64,000 nt of DNA from Nitrospirales bacterium (GTDB lineage: Bacteria; Nitrospirota; Nitrospiria; Nitrospirales; UBA8639), in assembly GCA_965203295.1 (NCBI GenBank), contig CBDBCZ010000017.1:2240001-2304000 (forward strand), read 5' to 3'. Under the pieces are notes generated by a model, which was not told where the DNA came from, ran no database searches, and saw nothing but the letters and a program-made list of their open reading frames with translations. The position numbers and the translations under genes were made by a program. Below, piece after piece: positions 46,934-64,000 of this stretch (positions are counted from its first letter, which is position 1; the number at the start of each line of letters is the position of its first letter).

Positions 46934-47808
46934 ATTGAATACCCGGTACCTTGTATTTGCAACTCGACTGCACTGAACTGGCCCACACCGTACTTGACTG
47001 GTTCACACCGGACAGGACTAGAATGGAAGGAAAAATGGAAATGCTTACACTTCCGTGTATATTACTATAGTGCATGGGAAGATATAAGCACTGTGCAGGG
47101 GTACATGTATACAGAGGTTTGCAAGTTTGTCCACAGGAGAAGGCAAATAGGCAGTGGCTCTATAATTAGGTTAAGCTGTCAGAATCAAAGGCTAACAGTC
47201 TTGCCTATTGCACTAAAGAATCTCAACCACTGCCATGATATATCTGCCATAATATGGATACACACAGGTTAGTGTACTACAATTAGTGGTCAAAATGGAA
47301 CAGCTGGTGTGAATGAATCTCATTAAAAAGCCATATAACAGAGGAAGTAGCCACAGTGTGTTACTAGCTATGTAAGCACAGCATGTCATAATCTTGTTCC
47401 AGCTGCATCCTACATGTATATACTAAGGGACGTAGCTTGATACGCTTTTATGCTTAGGCCATCCAGAAAAGATTGCTCGATTACAGTAACCTGACCTGCC
47501 CAGTTTTGGCTTTTGGTAGCCAAATTTTTTCTTCCTGTATGAATCTCATTAACCACTATGTTGTCACATGCTATGTAAGCGTATGTTTTCAACCATGCCT
47601 GTTTCTACTAACCTTGGCCTTGGTGCTTGTGTGTCAGTAGAGTCTGGAGTGCAGACGCTAGTAACGGACAAGCTACTGCAAATCTGTTTTGACATGCGGG
47701 TTAGTTACCATTTCCTGCCTCTTAATTAGTGGGCGGGACTATATACTTTCCATTTCCTGTCTTTTAAGTAGTGGGCGGGACTACCTCTGAAGCCATCTAC
47801 CAACCAAT

Positions 47809-48084
47809 TAGTCTCGTGCCCAGCCCCAAGTTAGGAAGGTGGGTCTGGCTCCCCGCATATTCAAAGTTGGGGTAGCATTACGTCAGCGGTCCCAGATCTG
47901 GACCGGCAATCTGATTGGTTACTTATAGTATTACATCACTAAACGGTTGTAGTATCCGGATATCTACACGAATGGCCACGTGGACACTTTCCGTTTGGTG
48001 ATGTAATATGATGTAACGCTAACCCAACTTTGAATATACGGGGAGCCAGACCCACTTCCTAACGTGGGGCTGAGCACGAGACTA
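47809..48084. mobile_element. 276-bp MITE with long imperfect TIRs and 9-bp TSD, nested in the Helentron
   Basis: CCAACCAAT|TAGTCTCGTGCCCAGCCCCAAGTTAGGAAG...CTTCCTAACGTGGGGCTGAGCACGAGACTA|CCAACCAAT; complementarity extends about 70 bp. Confidence 0.88.
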
Positions 48085-50103
48085 CCAACCAATGGCCCTA
48101 TCTGGGAAGCCAGACTCCGTTATGTAAACAAGCAATCTTTTCTGGATGGACTTACTGTATATACCTACTAATAATGCACTATGTATACAGTATCTATGGT
48201 ATATAATATATCAACCAAATTCTATGGGTGCCAGTTTGTAAATGCACACATGTATAGATATAAATAAATGAGGGGTCGCATTATTAAATAACAGTCTCCA
48301 TTTACATATGAGATGGTGCATTCATACATGAGGGCCTCTATATCACATTACATGTTCACGTACTGTATGGGCATTCGTACATGTGGCTGATTCGAGTTGC
48401 CAGCCCCTAAATGAGGCCCGCAGTTATAAATGCAGCCCCTCATATATAAATGTAGCCCGTCATATACATATGGAGACTCTGAATTATGAATACACCCACT
48501 TATATATACCGATTGGCTTCGGTTCAGGCTAAATGTAGCTGCCGGAACTTCCTCTGACCACAGACTCGGTTAAGAATGTACCGTTGTTTATTTTGTCCCT
48601 TTGCTTCTATAACATTACGCGTTGCATTCATAGTACCTTGTAATTCCAACTGGACCGCACTGGAGTGGCCCACACTACTGGGTCACACTGGACTGGAGAC
48701 TGGAATGGAAGGGAAAATGGAGATGCTCAGATTTCCGTTTATGTTATGTAGCTTGATTTGTTTTTAACACCTTAGAGACCAATTTTAAAGCATCAATCAA
48801 GCTAATGTCGAAGATGACGACTGCTAGCAACTTTCCAGACCTCTCCAACTTGGTTCTACAGCAGTCTGTACCGTGCCATCTGCAACCAGAGCGGCAATCA
48901 AGTTCAAAATGCGGGTTGTCCAGTAGCTAGTCAGTCATGAACGCTCTTATTACTAGCTGATGCTTCAGGAGAACTGCTAACTGCACGAACACTTTTTGCC
49001 TGTGCTAGTATGCAGCAAATCAACAACAGCACATGTAGCTCGCGATACATAACAAAGGCAGATATACGAGGTAAAAAATTTGCCGCGTCTGGACAACCCC
49101 ACCGTGCGGACACCCCTCATTTACACTACTACACACACAGTATACCTTGTAATTCCAACTGAGCGGGAGGGAACTGTACGTGCTGAACTGGCACAGTTGA
49201 CTGCAATACGTAGAAGAGAAAAGCCAAATTATGTTTGGTTTTTAGTCTGCCGTTGTTTTAATATACATGGCCCTTTTCATCAATACGCATACTGCACACT
49301 CAGTACGTACCTTGTATTAATTCCAAGAACAGAAACAACTACAATCCGAAAACTTGAATATTGCTTTAACAAACAGCTCGACTACAGGAAGGAGAAACTC
49401 CACTGAGAGCAATAGAGCAGTACATCCGGTGTAGAGAAATTTATATTGCAATCAAGCGCAAACTCTGGACTAAACCGGACGGCACCGGTCTGAACTGGTC
49501 TGAACTGGACTGATCCGGAATAGAAGGGAAAATCCAAACGCTCAATTTGTTCACGTTATCGTTATGAATATTGGTATATCCAAAATGGCGTGATAAAACC
49601 AGCGTTCACTCGAGCAGCCTAGTGCGAGCAAGCCTGCACATCAAAGGTAGGCATTAAATAGAGGAACACAAGAAGCCTGCGCATGCGTAATCCGAGTCAT
49701 TAAATGGCGTAAAACGGCAAGCGTCACCTCGAGAGTACTTGTAAATCGCTGCTGAACCTGTTGGATTTCTTTGAAAACGTTATGCTACGAGTGCAATACC
49801 CCAGGGAATATCTAGCTTGTTCGCGCTTGAATCATTGTGATGGGTTTAGCCATTATTGTGCTAGCCTGGCTGAAGAAAGAAACAAAGAAGAATTATATAG
49901 TTCATTAGGCCCCTCCCCCCCCAGTGTAGCGACTTACCGGTCTGCTACTCCAGGGAAGCTTTCTAGCACCGCTAACAGTTTTGTTGATGACGAAAACACT
50001 CGAGATGTCATGGCATGGCTCATAAAAGCCTGTGACTATAATCAGAGGCGAGTTCTGAACGTATGATTTTGTACGCGTTATATGGGGCCGCCATTTTTTT
50101 CCC

Positions 50104-50142
50104 GTGCCATCCCTACATATGGAGTACTACCGTACTCCATGA
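50104..50142 (+). other. Helentron terminal signal: subterminal IR followed by a 9-bp perfect hairpin
   Basis: GTGCCATCCCTACAT + ATGGAGTAC-TACC-GTACTCCAT + GA, then host flank TAGGAA. Confidence 0.88.
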
Positions 50143-63885
<13,743 letters not shown>

Positions 63886-64000
63886 TAGGAAACCAGTTAG
63901 CCGCTATAAATTTCTAACTACATGTATTATAAATTTCAGAGGGGGATCAGTGTGCAACTTGCTGTGTGGGTATAGATTTCTCTAACGTACAGCTTTATTT
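63886..64000 (+). repeat. Start of tandem duplication copy 4 (runs off the window)
   Basis: Matches 24885 onward and 50143 onward. Confidence 0.9.

Larger units (their letters stand above)
36601..50142 (-). mobile_element. Helentron/Helitron2 (HLE2)-type rolling-circle transposon insertion, 13,542 bp, no target-site duplication
   Basis: Empty sites at 24884/24885 and 63885/63886 (GGAACTATATTATA|TAGGAA) define both ends to within 1 nt. Subterminal inverted repeats ATGTAGGGATGGCAC (36634-36648) and GTGCCATCCCTACAT (50104-50118), a terminal hairpin at 50119-50140, and a Rep-Helicase ORF. Confidence 0.92.

Noticed and set aside
47708..47783. Duplicated GGGCGG boxes as the RepHel promoter
   Set aside because: A simple 40-bp-scale tandem duplication about 800 bp upstream; no evidence of function.
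48632..48738. Repeated module as a spliced-leader RNA gene (minus-strand ...ACAAG|GTA)
   Set aside because: Copies are too diverged and no Sm-site or stem-loop structure could be supported.
36601..50142. Insertion length (13.5 kb) is nearly equal to the array unit length (13.7 kb)
   Set aside because: No sequence relationship, and the units vary from 11.7 to over 14 kb; treated as coincidence.

Overview
Repeat-rich, intron-containing animal genomic DNA. A sponge or other early-branching invertebrate is plausible from the style of the small repeats, but this cannot be verified here. No intact host gene is evident. From left to right: (1) a rearranged, frameshifted ATR kinase pseudogene fragment (818-2414); (2) a nest of transposon relics (2.5-7.9 kb), including a 1,087-bp TA-flanked element with perfect CCGTA-type TIRs that carries an intact stand-alone HIRAN-domain ORF, whose empty insertion site survives in an inverted duplicate about 2 kb downstream; (3) a 3'-truncated Gypsy-like LTR retrotransposon (LTR, tRNA-Leu PBS, gag, protease) joined in frame to host exons; (4) a head-to-tail array of an approximately 12-14 kb unit (three copies plus the start of a fourth) carrying pseudogenised exons of an FHAD1-like coiled-coil gene; (5) a 13.5-kb Helentron/Helitron2-type rolling-circle element inserted in that array (36601-50142). 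This element has an uninterrupted 2156-aa Rep-Helicase ending in an OTU protease domain, asymmetric subterminal inverted repeats, a terminal hairpin, a 229-bp foldback at its left end and minisatellites, one of them derived from a LINE fragment. Paralogous array units supply empty sites that define several insertions to the base. Protein family assignments come from motif recognition from memory, not from database searches.
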